Shown here: positions 1 through 10,164 of the stretch, piece by piece | How positions within the stretch are numbered: position 1 is the first letter of the stretch | Layout: each line of letters starts with the position of its first letter | From: Coriobacteriia bacterium | GTDB taxonomy: Bacteria > Actinomycetota > Coriobacteriia > Coriobacteriales > UMGS124 | Assembly: GCA_018368455.1 (NCBI GenBank) | Contig: JAGZEG010000005.1 | Coordinates: forward strand, 22,322 to 86,321 | DNA length: 64,000 nucleotides | Reading direction: 5' to 3' | Notes under the pieces: generated by a model | Seen by the model: the letters and a program-made list of their open reading frames with translations, nothing else | What the model was told of the DNA's origin: nothing | Database searches by the model: none | Translations under genes and position numbers: made by a program

Positions 1-157
1 GGCCTTCGCCTCGCCGCTTCACCCCCTACCCCCGCTCTCTCTACCGGCATTTTGCGCGAGCGCTTCCGGACGAGGCGTGCGAAGGTGGCGCGCTTGCGCT
101 ACTCTGCGGATATCCGAACGGCGACGCAACGCGCCCACATAAAGGAGGCCTCAGCTC

Positions 158-814
158 ATGTCCGATGTGGCAGCAGAGTTCGATCCTAAGCGGTTCACGG
201 TCATCGACCATCCCCTTGTACAGCACAAGATGCACATCCTGCGCGACAAGGCCACGGCAACGAAGCAGTTCCGCGAGCTCGTGAGCGAGCTGGCCATCTT
301 CGAGGGCTATGAGGCGATGCGTGACCTGCCCCTGGAAGACGTCGAGGTTGAGACGCCGCTCGAGACGGCGACGTGCAAGCGCCTTGCCGGCAAGAAGGTC
401 GCTATCATTCCGATTCTGCGTGCGGGCCTGGGCATGGTCGACGGCCTGCTGACGCTCGTGCCCTCGGCGCGCGTCGGCCACGTGGGTATGTACCGCGATC
501 CCGAGACGCACGAGCCGCACGAGTACTATTGCAAGCTGCCCGAGGACATCGCTAACCGCACGTGCCTCGTCGTCGACCCGATGCTCGCGACGGGCGGCTC
601 TCTGACGGCCGCCATCAAGTACCTGCGCGACGCCGGCGCGCGCGACATCCGTTGCCTCGTACTCGTCGCTGCCCCCGAGGGCGTGCGCACGGCGCTCGAC
701 TTCGATCCCGATATCCGCCTCTACACGTGCGCCCTCGACCGCGAGCTCAACGACCACGCCTACATCCTGCCCGGCCTCGGCGACGCCGGCGACCGCATCT
801 TCGGCACGAAGTAA
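158..814 (+). CDS. upp: uracil phosphoribosyltransferase
   Basis: 218-aa ORF with AAGGAGG about 10 nt upstream. Full-length Upp-like sequence including the PRPP loop [11 protein letters not shown] and C-terminal [16 protein letters not shown]. Confidence 0.95.
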   Translation: MSDVAAEFDPKRFTVIDHPLVQHKMHILRDKATATKQFRELVSELAIFEGYEAMRDLPLEDVEVETPLETATCKRLAGKKVAIIPILRAGLGMVDGLLTLVPSARVGHVGMYRDPETHEPHEYYCKLPEDIANRTCLVVDPMLATGGSLTAAIKYLRDAGARDIRCLVLVAAPEGVRTALDFDPDIRLYTCALDRELNDHAYILPGLGDAGDRIFGTK

Positions 815-846
815 CGCCGGTCCTCCACACCTCCGCGCCATCCACA

Positions 847-884
847 ACACCCCCGTCCGGGCCCCCCGGACGGGGGGTGTTTTC
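847..884 (+). terminator. rho-independent terminator after upp
   Basis: GC-rich hairpin ACACCCCCGTCCGG / CCGGACGGGGGGTGT followed by TTTT. Confidence 0.7.
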
Positions 885-1519
885 GTATCAGTCGGTCTCT
901 GACAGCCTGAGTTCCCCCCGTTTCCCAGGTTGCAGATTTCCTCTCTTCACATAATCCCGACATCTAGATTGTGACCTCGAACGCCCACATCGAGTGCGTT
1001 CACGGCACAGAATCGTCCGTTCGCCGGGTTTCTGTGCGCAAATTTATGGTGTTACGAAGATAGCTAGAGGTGCTATTCCGGCGAATGGTCAACGTCGTCA
1101 AACGGACTATTTTTGCCCTTCTCTGGCTGTGGTGCCTCGCCTCGGTAGACCAAAATTCCACTAAACGGGATTCATCTAGCAACAAAGCCACAGCTCACTG
1201 TATTTCTTTGTACTACAAAAGTATGACGCCGATCTGACAGTGGAAAGCGACAAAAACAGTTCCGCCCATGTTAAGCCAGCGCAAAGATCCCGCCTTCCCG
1301 CCGGCAAAATGGACCAGGTGATGCCTCAGGTGAATTACGTACGCGCGCGTAGAGGCGTATTGTCGGCCCGACACGGTGGGCTTCACCCCCTGACGCATGC
1401 CTGTCGATCGAGGTCCGATCAACCTGCGATCGATGACGTGTGTCGCCTTGGCTGAGGCTGCGTTCCACGGTGTGCATGGATACGGGGAGTGCGGAGAAGT
1501 CGGGGGAGGAGGAAAAGAC

Positions 1520-2029
1520 ATGAACAAGTTCGTGGTCGCGGATCCCAACCGGTGCATCAGCTGCAGGACGTGCATGGCCGCTTGCATCATGAAGCACGAC
1601 GTTCCCGAGGACGTGGCGAAGGCCCGTCTGAACGTCGTCGTCGCGGGGCGCATTACGACGCCCATCGCGTGCCACCACTGCGCTGACGCTCCGTGCGCGC
1701 ACGCGTGCCCCACGGGCGCGCTGTACGAGGACGCGGAGCACAACCGCGTGGGCGTGCGCGAGGAGAACTGCATCGGCTGCCGCAGCTGCGTCATGGCGTG
1801 CCCGTATGGCGCCGTCGACGTGGTTTCCCAGCAGGTTCCCGCGCCGATGGGCGATCTGCTCGTCAACGCGCGCACAAAGGCCTCGGTCATCAAGTGTGAC
1901 CTGTGCGTCGATCGTGAGAACGGCCCGGCGTGCGTCGAGGCGTGCCCCACGAAGAGTCTGCGCGTCGTCACCGAAGAGGAGCTGTACGACCTCGTTATGG
2001 GCAAGGCGACCGCTGCCGTCGCTCAGTAG
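1520..2029 (+). CDS. hydN: 4Fe-4S dicluster electron-transfer protein, HydN-like
   Basis: ATG at 1520 preceded by GGGAGGAGGA. Start MNKFVVADPNRCISCRTC, four Cys clusters (CxxCxxCxxxCP type), about 170 aa like HydN. The upstream part of ORF 1397-2029 has no RBS. Confidence 0.8.
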   Translation: MNKFVVADPNRCISCRTCMAACIMKHDVPEDVAKARLNVVVAGRITTPIACHHCADAPCAHACPTGALYEDAEHNRVGVREENCIGCRSCVMACPYGAVDVVSQQVPAPMGDLLVNARTKASVIKCDLCVDRENGPACVEACPTKSLRVVTEEELYDLVMGKATAAVAQ

Positions 2030-2163
2030 CACCAAGCATCGCGTACGAGGCGCGCGGATTGTTCGCGCGTAGCAAGAGCACTGTCTGTTCATTGGATGTG
2101 CGCTTTGCGCAAGCGACACCGACGGCCGCCTGAGCAAAGCACACCGAGCACGAAAGAGGGAGG

Positions 2164-4392
2164 TTGGAGATGGAGAAGCATTACGTCGTCTGCCCGTACT
2201 GCGGCGCGGGTTGCAAGTTCAACCTGCTCGTCGAGGGCGACCGCGTCGTTGGCACCGAGCCGCTTGACGGCATCACCAACGAGGGCGAGCTGTGCCTCAA
2301 GGGCATGAGCGGCTATGACTTCATCAACGACACCAAGATCCTGACGCCCCGCGTCCTGCACCCGATGATCCGTCGCACGAAGGACTCGGATTTCGAGCGC
2401 GTCACGTGGGACGAGGCCCTGGACTTCACGGCCCAGAAGATGAAGGCCATCATCGAGAAGTACGGCCCCGAGTCCGTCCTTGTCACGGGTTCCTCCCGTG
2501 GCGGTGGCAACGAGGCTAACTACGTCATGCAGAAGTTCGCGCGTGCGTGCGTTGGCACGAACAGCGTGGACAACTGCGCCCGAACTTGACACGGCCCAAC
2601 TGTCCTCGGTCTGACGGACACAGTTGGTACGGCTGGTATGAGCCTCGGCATCCCCGGTATGGAGAAGGCCGGCTGCGTTTTCCTGTTCGGGTATAACCCG
2701 AGCGCCTCGCACCCCATCGTCGCGCGCCGTGTTGTGCGCGCCAAGGAGCGTGGCGCCAAGATCATTGTTGCAGACCCGCGTCGCATCGAGACGTCGCGTA
2801 TCGCCGACATCTACATGCAGATCAAGAACGGCTGCAACGTCGCGTTCCTCAACGCGTTCGCGAACTGCATCATCAACGATGGCTACGCCGACAAGGACTT
2901 CATCGCCGAGCACACGAACGGCTTTGAGGAGTGGTGGGAGACCATCAAGAACTACACGCCGGAGAAGGTCCAGGACATCACCGGCGTTGACCCCGCAACG
3001 ATGCACAAGGCCGCCGAGATGTACGCCACGGCGGAGCCTTCGTCCGTCATCGGCTGGGGCATGGGCGTCTGCCAGCAGAAGCAGAACGTCCAGACGGTGC
3101 ACACCATCGCTGCCATCGCCTGCATCTCGCACCAGATCGGCAAGCCGAATTCCGGCCTGGCGCCCGTCCGCGGCCAGAACAACGTTCAGGGCTCGTGCGA
3201 CATGGGCTGCCTGCCCAACCTCTATCCTGGCTACCAGAAGGTCAGCGACCCGAAGATCCGCGCCAAGTTCGCGAAGGCCTGGGGCGTGCCCGAGGAGAAG
3301 CTCTCGCTGCGTGACGGCTACAAGCTGACGCAGCTCGAGCACCTCGCCCACGAGGGTAAGCTGCACTGCTTCTACAACTACGGCGAGGACCCGGTTCAGA
3401 CCGAGCCCGACTCGAAGGCCACGATCGAGACGCTGAAGAACCTGGACCTGTTCATCTGCCAGGACATCTTCATGACGCAGACGACGATGTACGCCGACGT
3501 GTTCCTGCCCGCGACGTCGTGGGGCGAGCACGAGGGCGTCTTCACGGCCTCCGACCGTACGTTCCAGCACTTCAGCGCCGCTGTGCCCCCCAAGGGCGAG
3601 TGCCGCCACGACTGGGACATCATCTCCGACCTCTCCACGCGTATGGGCTACCCCATGCACTACAACAACACGCAGGAGATCTGGGATGAGCTGCGCGAGC
3701 TCTGCCCGCAGTTCTACGGCTGCACGTACGAGAAGATGAAGGCCAACGGCGGCCTCGGCCATGCCCAGTGGCCTATGCCCAACATGGAGGACACCGGCAC
3801 GCCCGACCTGTTCCCCGGCGGCGTCTTCAACACGCCGACGAAGAAGGCCAACCTCATCGCGCATGACTGGGAGCACCCGACGGAGCTGCCCGACGAGCAG
3901 TACCCGCTCATCCTGTGCACCGTCCGCGAGGTCGGCCACTACAGCTGCCGCTCGATGACCGGCAACTGCAAGGCGCTGGCGCTGCTCGCCGACGAGCCCG
4001 GTTTCGTTCACATGCATCCCGAGGACGCCAAGGCTCGCGGCATCAAGAACGGCGAGATCGTCAAGATCCACTCGCGCCGCGGCGAGGTCTACTCGCGCGC
4101 GGACGTGAGCGACCGCATCAACCAGGGCACGGTCTACATGACGTACCAGTGGTGGATCGGCCGCTGCAACACCCTGACGCTGCACCAGACCGATGCCGTC
4201 TCCATGACGCCTGAGGACAAGTTCAGCGCCTGCCAGGTCGATAAGGTCAAGGATCAGGTCTGGGCCGAGAGCCATGTTGCCGAGCTCTACAACGACCTCA
4301 AGGCCGAGCTTGCCGAGGCGGCTTCTCACCAGGCTGCGGAGCCGGCGGTCGCGTTCTCGAACTCCGACGTGCCCGATCAGATCCTGGTGTAA
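2164..4392 (+). CDS. fdhF: formate dehydrogenase H, selenocysteine-containing (in-frame TGA at 2587-2589)
   Basis: ORFs 2164-2589 and 2638-4392 are in the same frame and joined by TGA within VDNCART-[TGA]-HGPTV. This is the position of the Sec in E. coli FdhF (NCARV-U-HGPSV). N-terminal CPYCGAGC...C Fe-S motif and molybdopterin oxidoreductase body. Confidence 0.9.
2596..2627 (+). promoter_or_regulatory. SECIS-like recoding hairpin
   Basis: Starts 7 nt after the TGA. CCAACTGTCC pairs with GGA(CA)CAGTTGG, giving a 10-bp stem with a 2-nt bulge and a 10-nt loop containing GGUC. Confidence 0.65.
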
Positions 4393-4456
4393 GCACCTAT
4401 CGCAGGACGGACGGGCTCGGGGCGTCACCGACGGGCGTCCCGGGCCCCTTTTCAGG

Positions 4457-5068
4457 ATGGGAGCGGGTGTGAATCGCTTCATAAGTATCGAGCCGGATAG
4501 GTGCATTGGGTGCGGCACCTGTCGCTCGGCTTGTCACGATGGGCATTACAACGCAGGGCTGCAGTCGGAGCCCCGCCTTGCTGTGATGAAGGTCGATGAG
4601 GTTACGGCCGCCATCGCCTGTCATCATTGCGAGGGAGCTCCGTGCGCGGAGGTCTGCCCTGTCAATGCCATCGTGCATGAGAACAACATGATCCACGTGA
4701 ACGAGCAGCATTGCGTCGGGTGCCGCCTGTGCGCCGTCGCCTGCCCGTTCGGTGCCATCCACCCAAGTGGCACCTCTATTGCCGGTGTCGCCGGCATCGC
4801 GTACGAGACGCCGATCCACGAGGCCAACCTGAGCGATCTGCTCACGTGGGACCCGGGCGTCATCACGTGCGCGGTCAAGTGCGACCTGTGCTCGTTCGAC
4901 CCGGAGGGTGGCCCGCGCTGCGTCGCGGCTTGCCCGACGCGCACTCTTCGCTATATCAGCGAGGAGGACAACAAGGACCTCAACGACGTCAAGCGCTACC
5001 GCACCGCGGCTCAGAGCGACGTGCTTGAGGGCGTCAGCCACGGCATGGGATTGGAGGAGAGCGAATAA
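4457..5068 (+). CDS. hyfA: hydrogenase-4 component A, 4Fe-4S ferredoxin
   Basis: Start at MGAGVNRFISIEPDRCIGCGTC. Colinear with E. coli HyfA, including LLTWDPGVITCAVKCDLCSFDPEGGPRCVAACP. The first 61 codons of ORF 4274-5068 overlap the fdhF 3' end. Confidence 0.8.
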   Translation: MGAGVNRFISIEPDRCIGCGTCRSACHDGHYNAGLQSEPRLAVMKVDEVTAAIACHHCEGAPCAEVCPVNAIVHENNMIHVNEQHCVGCRLCAVACPFGAIHPSGTSIAGVAGIAYETPIHEANLSDLLTWDPGVITCAVKCDLCSFDPEGGPRCVAACPTRTLRYISEEDNKDLNDVKRYRTAAQSDVLEGVSHGMGLEESE

Positions 5069-7077
5069 TGGCCGTCACCCTGTTCCTTGCCTCCATGGTC
5101 ACCTCCATCGTCGCTGGCTTTGTGTCCATTCTGCTCAAGCAGACGGAGAAGACTGCGAAGATGGCCGGCTGCGGGCTGGGCATCGCCGCTGCCGCTATGA
5201 GCCTGCTTGCGGGCCTCATCGCCATGATCGGCAACGGCGAGTCGTTCAGCGCGAGCTTCCTGTTCCCGTTCGCGCAGTTCTCGCTGCTGCTGAACCCGCT
5301 GGCTGGCCTGATGGTCACGATCATCTCGATCCTGGCCCTCGTCGCGTTCATCTACGGCATCTCGTATCTCGACGAGTACAAGGGCAAGCAGGCTCGCGCT
5401 TGCATGTTCCTCAACTGGTTCGTCGCGTCGATGATGCTCGTCATCGCGGCTGACAACGCGTTCTGGTTCCTCGTAGCCTTCGAGCTCATGTCGCTCACGA
5501 GCTACTTCCTCGTCATCATCGAGGAGCAGCCCGGCTCCATCAAGGGCGGCTTCATGTACCTGGTCATGGCACACCTCGGCTTCGTGTTCATCATGATGTC
5601 GTTCCTGCTCATGGCCAACGCAGCGGGCTCGTTCGAATTCTCCGCCTTCCGCGCGACGCCTCTGGCGCCCTGGATGGCGTCGCTGTGCTTCGTCATGGCG
5701 TTCTTCGGCTTCGGCGCGAAGGCCGGCATGATCCCGCTGCACAGCTGGCTGCCCATGGCTCACCCGGCGGCTCCGTCCAACGTGTCGGCGCTCATGTCCG
5801 GCGGCATGATCAAGATCGGTATCTTCGGTATCGTGAAGGTCGGTCTTGACCTGCTGTCCGCCTCTGGCGTCGAGCTGTGGTGGGGCTTCCTCGTGCTCGT
5901 CATCGGCGCCATCTCCTCGGTGCTCGGCGTCGTCTACGCTCTGGCCGAGCACGACATCAAGCGCCTGCTGGCCTACCACTCCGTCGAGAACATCGGCATC
6001 ATCCTGCTCGGTGTGGGCGCTGCCCTCATCGGTGCGGCGATGGACAACACGGTGCTCGCCGGCCTTGGCCTGCTCGCCGCTCTGTACCACACGTTCAACC
6101 ACGCCATGTTCAAGGGCGAGCTCTTCCTGGGCGCCGGCTCTCTGCTGTACTCCCTGGGCACCCGCAACATGGAGGAGATGGGCGGCCTGTTCAAGCGCAT
6201 GCCCTGGACGGCTGTCTGCTTCCTCATCGGCGCCCTGGCCATCTCGGCCATCCCGCCGCTGAATGGCTTCGTCTCCGAGTGGTTCACGTACCAGTCGCTG
6301 TTTGACGCCGCGTTCCTGGGCAACAAGGCGACGATGGTGTTCGCCGTGCTCGCCGTCGTGGCCCTGGCCATCACCGGCGCGCTGGCCGTCACGTGCTTCG
6401 TGAAGGCCTACGGCGTCACGTTTGCCGGCGCTCCCCGCAGCCAGAAGGCCGCGGAGGCCAAGGAGGTCCCGACGCCGATGATCGTCGGCCAGGTCATCCT
6501 CGCCGCCGTCTGCGTCATTCTCGGCCTGGGCGCCCCGTTCATCGCGCTGGTCTTTGCGCATGTTGCCGCGTCTGTGCTCGCGACGCCGGCTCTCGACGTC
6601 GTCACCGGTGCCGCGACGGAGAACGTCATCACCGGCACGGCTATGTCGACGCCGCTGATCGCCATCCTGCTCGTCGCCTTCGTCGCGCTGGCCATCTTTG
6701 GCCGCAAAGCGCTCAACCACGGCCTGGCTCCGCGCATGGCGCAGCCTTGGGCCTGCGGCTACGAGCCTGACAAGGAGATGCCCGTCATCGCCACGAGCTT
6801 CGCTTCTGACGTGAACATGTTCCTGAAGCCGCTCTACACGATCCGGGACTTCTGCACGAGCGTGTGCTGGAAGATAGCGCACTTCTTTGAGGGCTCCGTC
6901 GACGTCGCGCGCGCCGTCGAGCCTCAGCCCGACAAGATCCTGGTGGACGACGTCGCGCATGGCGTGGACGTCCTGGGCCGCCTCGCCCAGAAGATCGTCG
7001 GTGGCAACTACAGCGTGTACATCATGTACATCGTCGTTGCCCTGATCGTCTTCTTGGTCCTGGCCGTGGCGCTGTAG
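5068..7077 (+). CDS. hyfB: hydrogenase-4 component B (NuoL/ND5-like membrane subunit)
   Basis: TAATG overlap with the hyfA stop, GGAGGAGAG RBS. 669-aa polytopic protein, size and order as E. coli HyfB. Confidence 0.85.
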   Translation: MAVTLFLASMVTSIVAGFVSILLKQTEKTAKMAGCGLGIAAAAMSLLAGLIAMIGNGESFSASFLFPFAQFSLLLNPLAGLMVTIISILALVAFIYGISYLDEYKGKQARACMFLNWFVASMMLVIAADNAFWFLVAFELMSLTSYFLVIIEEQPGSIKGGFMYLVMAHLGFVFIMMSFLLMANAAGSFEFSAFRATPLAPWMASLCFVMAFFGFGAKAGMIPLHSWLPMAHPAAPSNVSALMSGGMIKIGIFGIVKVGLDLLSASGVELWWGFLVLVIGAISSVLGVVYALAEHDIKRLLAYHSVENIGIILLGVGAALIGAAMDNTVLAGLGLLAALYHTFNHAMFKGELFLGAGSLLYSLGTRNMEEMGGLFKRMPWTAVCFLIGALAISAIPPLNGFVSEWFTYQSLFDAAFLGNKATMVFAVLAVVALAITGALAVTCFVKAYGVTFAGAPRSQKAAEAKEVPTPMIVGQVILAAVCVILGLGAPFIALVFAHVAASVLATPALDVVTGAATENVITGTAMSTPLIAILLVAFVALAIFGRKALNHGLAPRMAQPWACGYEPDKEMPVIATSFASDVNMFLKPLYTIRDFCTSVCWKIAHFFEGSVDVARAVEPQPDKILVDDVAHGVDVLGRLAQKIVGGNYSVYIMYIVVALIVFLVLAVAL

Positions 7078-7090
7078 GAGGGAGGGAAGC

Positions 7091-8023
7091 ATGGTTAACG
7101 TTCTCATCGGCATCCTGCAGGCAATCATCGTTGTCCTGATCGCGCCGTTCTTCTCGGGCCTTGCCCGCGTCGTGCGCGCCAAGATCACGAGCCGCAAGGG
7201 CCCGGATATCTGGCAGGACTACCGTGACCTCTCCAAGCTCATGCATCGCCAGGAGGTCCTGAGCAAGGATACGAGCTTTGTCCACCGCATCATGCCGCCC
7301 CTGTTCTTTGCGGTCATGCTCATCCTTGCGATGGGCATCCCGATGATCACGCAGTACAGCCCCATTCCGCTGCTCGGCGACATCATCACGATCCTGTACC
7401 TCATGGCTCTGCCCCGCTTCTTCTTCTCGCTGGCTGCTCTGGACACGTCCTCGGCATACGGCGGCGTCGGCGGCATCCGTGAGCTCATCGTCGGCGTGCT
7501 CGTTGAGCCCACGATGATCCTGTCCCTGTTCGCCACGGCCCTGGCCGTCGGTTCCACGAACGTTGGCGTCATGGGCGTCACGATCGCGTCCGGCGCTGCT
7601 ACGGCCCCCGTGGCCGTCGTGCTGGCTGCTGTCGCGTTCGCGATGGCGTGCTATGTCGAGCTGGGCAAGGTCCCGTTCGATATGGCCGAGGCTGAGCAGG
7701 AGCTGCAGGAGGGCCCTCTGGCCGAGTACTCTGGCGCGTCGCTCGCCCTGCTCAAGCTCTCGATGAGCATGAAGCAGGTCCTCGTCGTGTCCTGGTTCAT
7801 CGGCATCTTCCTGCCGTTCGGCGCGGCCCCCGTGGCCATCACCGCCGGCTCGTTCTTCCTGGGCCTCGTGCTGTATCTCGTCAAGCTCGTCGTGCTGTTC
7901 CTGATCATCAACGTGATCGAGAGCTCTGTCGTTCGCGTTCGGTTCAAGCTGCTCGGCTCGCAGACGTGGGCCATCTTCGGCATCTCTGTCCTGTCGTTCG
8001 TGTTCGTCGTCGTTGGCGTGTAG
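7091..8023 (+). CDS. hyfC: hydrogenase-4 component C (NuoH-like membrane subunit)
   Basis: GGAGGGAGGGAAGC-ATG. 310-aa polytopic protein in the HyfC/HycD position. Confidence 0.85.
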   Translation: MVNVLIGILQAIIVVLIAPFFSGLARVVRAKITSRKGPDIWQDYRDLSKLMHRQEVLSKDTSFVHRIMPPLFFAVMLILAMGIPMITQYSPIPLLGDIITILYLMALPRFFFSLAALDTSSAYGGVGGIRELIVGVLVEPTMILSLFATALAVGSTNVGVMGVTIASGAATAPVAVVLAAVAFAMACYVELGKVPFDMAEAEQELQEGPLAEYSGASLALLKLSMSMKQVLVVSWFIGIFLPFGAAPVAITAGSFFLGLVLYLVKLVVLFLIINVIESSVVRVRFKLLGSQTWAIFGISVLSFVFVVVGV

Positions 8024-8044
8024 TCTGAAGGGAGGAGAAAACCA

Positions 8045-9493
8045 ATGCCTGTCATAGAGACCCTTGGGCTGCTCGCCATCGCCGTCCCGTTCATCGCCGC
8101 CGCGCTGCTGCTGCTGTTCCCGCGCCCGGCTGCCAAGTGGTTCACGATCGTCGGTGCGTCTATCTCGACGATTCTGACGATTGCAGTTGCCGCCATGTAC
8201 TTCCAGGGCGGCAAGGAGGCCACGGACATCGTGTTCGCGTCGATGGGTGAGGCCGAGATCCTCGGCTTTACGTTCGACAACATGAGCACGCTGCTCGCTC
8301 CTGCGTTCGTCGGCATCGGCCTTCTGGTTACGATCTACTCGGTTGCGTACATGTCGGAGAAGAACCGCGAGCATCCCGATGCCCCGCGCAAGCGCTTCTA
8401 CGTGTACCTGTCGATGTTCATCGGCGCCATGGCCGGTATCGTGTACAGCTCGACCCTTGTCGGTCAGGTCATCTTCTTCGAGGTGACGGGTGCGTGCTCG
8501 TGGGGCCTCATCGGCTACTACGCCACGCCCACGGCCAGCAAGGCGGCCATGAAGGCCCTCATCATCACGCACATCGGCTCGCTGGGCCTGTTCGTCGCGG
8601 CCATCGTGACGTTCGTCCAGACCGGTACGTTTGCGCTGACCGCCATCGCTGACCTCAGCGACGGCTGGAAGATGGTCGTGCTGTTCGGCATCCTGTTCGC
8701 CGCGTGGGCCAAGTCCGCGCAGCTCCCGATGTACATGTGGCTGCCGAGCGCCATGGAGGCGCCGACGCCTGTGTCCGCGTACCTGCACGGCGCCTCGATG
8801 GTCAAGGTCGGCGTCTGCATCTTTGCGCGCGGCCTGCTCGTCGCCGGCCCCATCCCGGAGCCTGTGGCGTGGGTTGCCTGCATCGGCGCCCTGTGCACGA
8901 TGCTGTTTGGCTTCCTGATGTACCTGCCTCAGAAGGACATGAAGCGCCTGCTGGCCTTCTCCACGATCGCCCAGCTTGCCTACATCTTCATGGGCCTCGG
9001 CCTGTTCGCGTTCGGCAGCGACATGGCGTTCGACGGCGCCGTGGCGCACATCTTCAACCACGCGTTCGCCAAGACGCTGTTCTTCCTCGTTGCCGGCTCG
9101 CTGTCCTTCACGCTGGGCACGCGTATGCTGCCGAAGGTCAAGGGCCTTATGAAGCGCTACCCGGTCACGGGCGTCGCCTTCGCGTTCGCTGCCCTGGCCA
9201 TCGCTGGCGTGCCGCCGATGAACTGCTTCTTCTCGAAGTTCCAGATCTTTGCCGGTGGCTTCGAGGTCGGCGCGACGCATCCGTTCGCGCTCGCTCTCGT
9301 CGTCATCATGATCTTCGAGACGGTCGCGACGTTCGCCTGGTTCCTCAAGTGGATGGGTTCCGTGCTTCCGGGCGAGCCCTCCGAGGAGGTCGCCGCTGGC
9401 CAGCCCCTGCCCAAGGCCATGTCTGGCGTGTTCATCGCTCTGATGATTCTTGTCGTCGTCTCCGGCCCCCTGTCGGCCGCGTGGCTGGGTTAG
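8045..9493 (+). CDS. hyfD: hydrogenase-4 component D (NuoM/N-like antiporter subunit)
   Basis: GGGAGGAG RBS. 482 aa, Mrp/Nuo antiporter-like, in the position of HyfD. Confidence 0.8.
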   Translation: MPVIETLGLLAIAVPFIAAALLLLFPRPAAKWFTIVGASISTILTIAVAAMYFQGGKEATDIVFASMGEAEILGFTFDNMSTLLAPAFVGIGLLVTIYSVAYMSEKNREHPDAPRKRFYVYLSMFIGAMAGIVYSSTLVGQVIFFEVTGACSWGLIGYYATPTASKAAMKALIITHIGSLGLFVAAIVTFVQTGTFALTAIADLSDGWKMVVLFGILFAAWAKSAQLPMYMWLPSAMEAPTPVSAYLHGASMVKVGVCIFARGLLVAGPIPEPVAWVACIGALCTMLFGFLMYLPQKDMKRLLAFSTIAQLAYIFMGLGLFAFGSDMAFDGAVAHIFNHAFAKTLFFLVAGSLSFTLGTRMLPKVKGLMKRYPVTGVAFAFAALAIAGVPPMNCFFSKFQIFAGGFEVGATHPFALALVVIMIFETVATFAWFLKWMGSVLPGEPSEEVAAGQPLPKAMSGVFIALMILVVVSGPLSAAWLG

Positions 9494-9503
9494 GAGGTAA
9501 GCG

Positions 9504-10157
9504 ATGGGATACACACTCGTCAACATCCTGGGCGCGTTGCTCATCGTGACGTCGACGCTCGTCGTGCTCTCCAAGTCCATGAAGCGGACGGTCATCACGT
9601 ACGCGGTTCAGTCGTTCATCCTCGTGATGCTGCTGCTCACGCTCGGCATCACGACGGGCGCGACCGAGCTCATGCTCTGGTCCGCCTCGGCGTTCGTCAC
9701 GAAGGTCATCCTCGTGCCGGCCATCATCTGGTACACGTACAAGAAGATGGGCTGCCCGGATGACTCCAACGCCAAGTCCAAGCTCAATCCGGCCCTGAGC
9801 GTCGTGCTCATCGCCGTCGAGGTGCTCGTGTGCTTCTGGGCCGTCTCTGGCATCCAGCTGCCCACGGCCGCCGAGGTCAAGCCGGCTCTCGCCATCTCGC
9901 TCGCTCACTTCTTCGTGGGCCTGACCTGCATCGTGAGCCAACGCAACATCATGAAGTCCGTCTTTGGCTACTGCCTGATGGAGAATGGCTCTCACGTGAC
10001 GCTGGCCTTGCTGGCCCCCACCGCGCCTGAGATCATCGAGATCGGCATCGCCACCGACGCCATCTTCGCCGTGCTCATCATGTCCATCGTCGTTTCGAGG
10101 ATCTGGAAGGGCGTCCACACGCTCGACTCGAACGACCTGACGAATCTGAGGGGGTAG
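9504..10157 (+). CDS. hyfE: hydrogenase-4 component E (small membrane subunit)
   Basis: TAGGAGGTAAGCG-ATG. 217-aa hydrophobic protein, size and order as HyfE. Confidence 0.8.
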   Translation: MGYTLVNILGALLIVTSTLVVLSKSMKRTVITYAVQSFILVMLLLTLGITTGATELMLWSASAFVTKVILVPAIIWYTYKKMGCPDDSNAKSKLNPALSVVLIAVEVLVCFWAVSGIQLPTAAEVKPALAISLAHFFVGLTCIVSQRNIMKSVFGYCLMENGSHVTLALLAPTAPEIIEIGIATDAIFAVLIMSIVVSRIWKGVHTLDSNDLTNLRG

Positions 10158-10164
10158 GGGCGGC

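Noticed and set aside
2089-4518. 809-aa ORF on the minus strand opposite fdhF
   Set aside because: It is Arg/Ala/Gly/Leu-rich with no motifs, the typical antisense shadow of a GC-rich gene. The plus strand carries an unambiguous FdhF homolog.
5011-9598. 728-aa and 858-aa minus-strand ORFs (5011-7197, 7022-9598) opposite hyfB-hyfD
   Set aside because: Extreme Arg/Asp/His/Gly composition and no start context. The plus strand encodes well-supported Hyf membrane subunits with RBSs. Other long antisense ORFs are rejected for the same reason: 10078-11670, 11727-13463, 14112-15683, 18728-21139, 22492-23694, 31710-33380, 32995-35229, 38340-39776, 39817-41109, 60078-61067 and 62263-63357.
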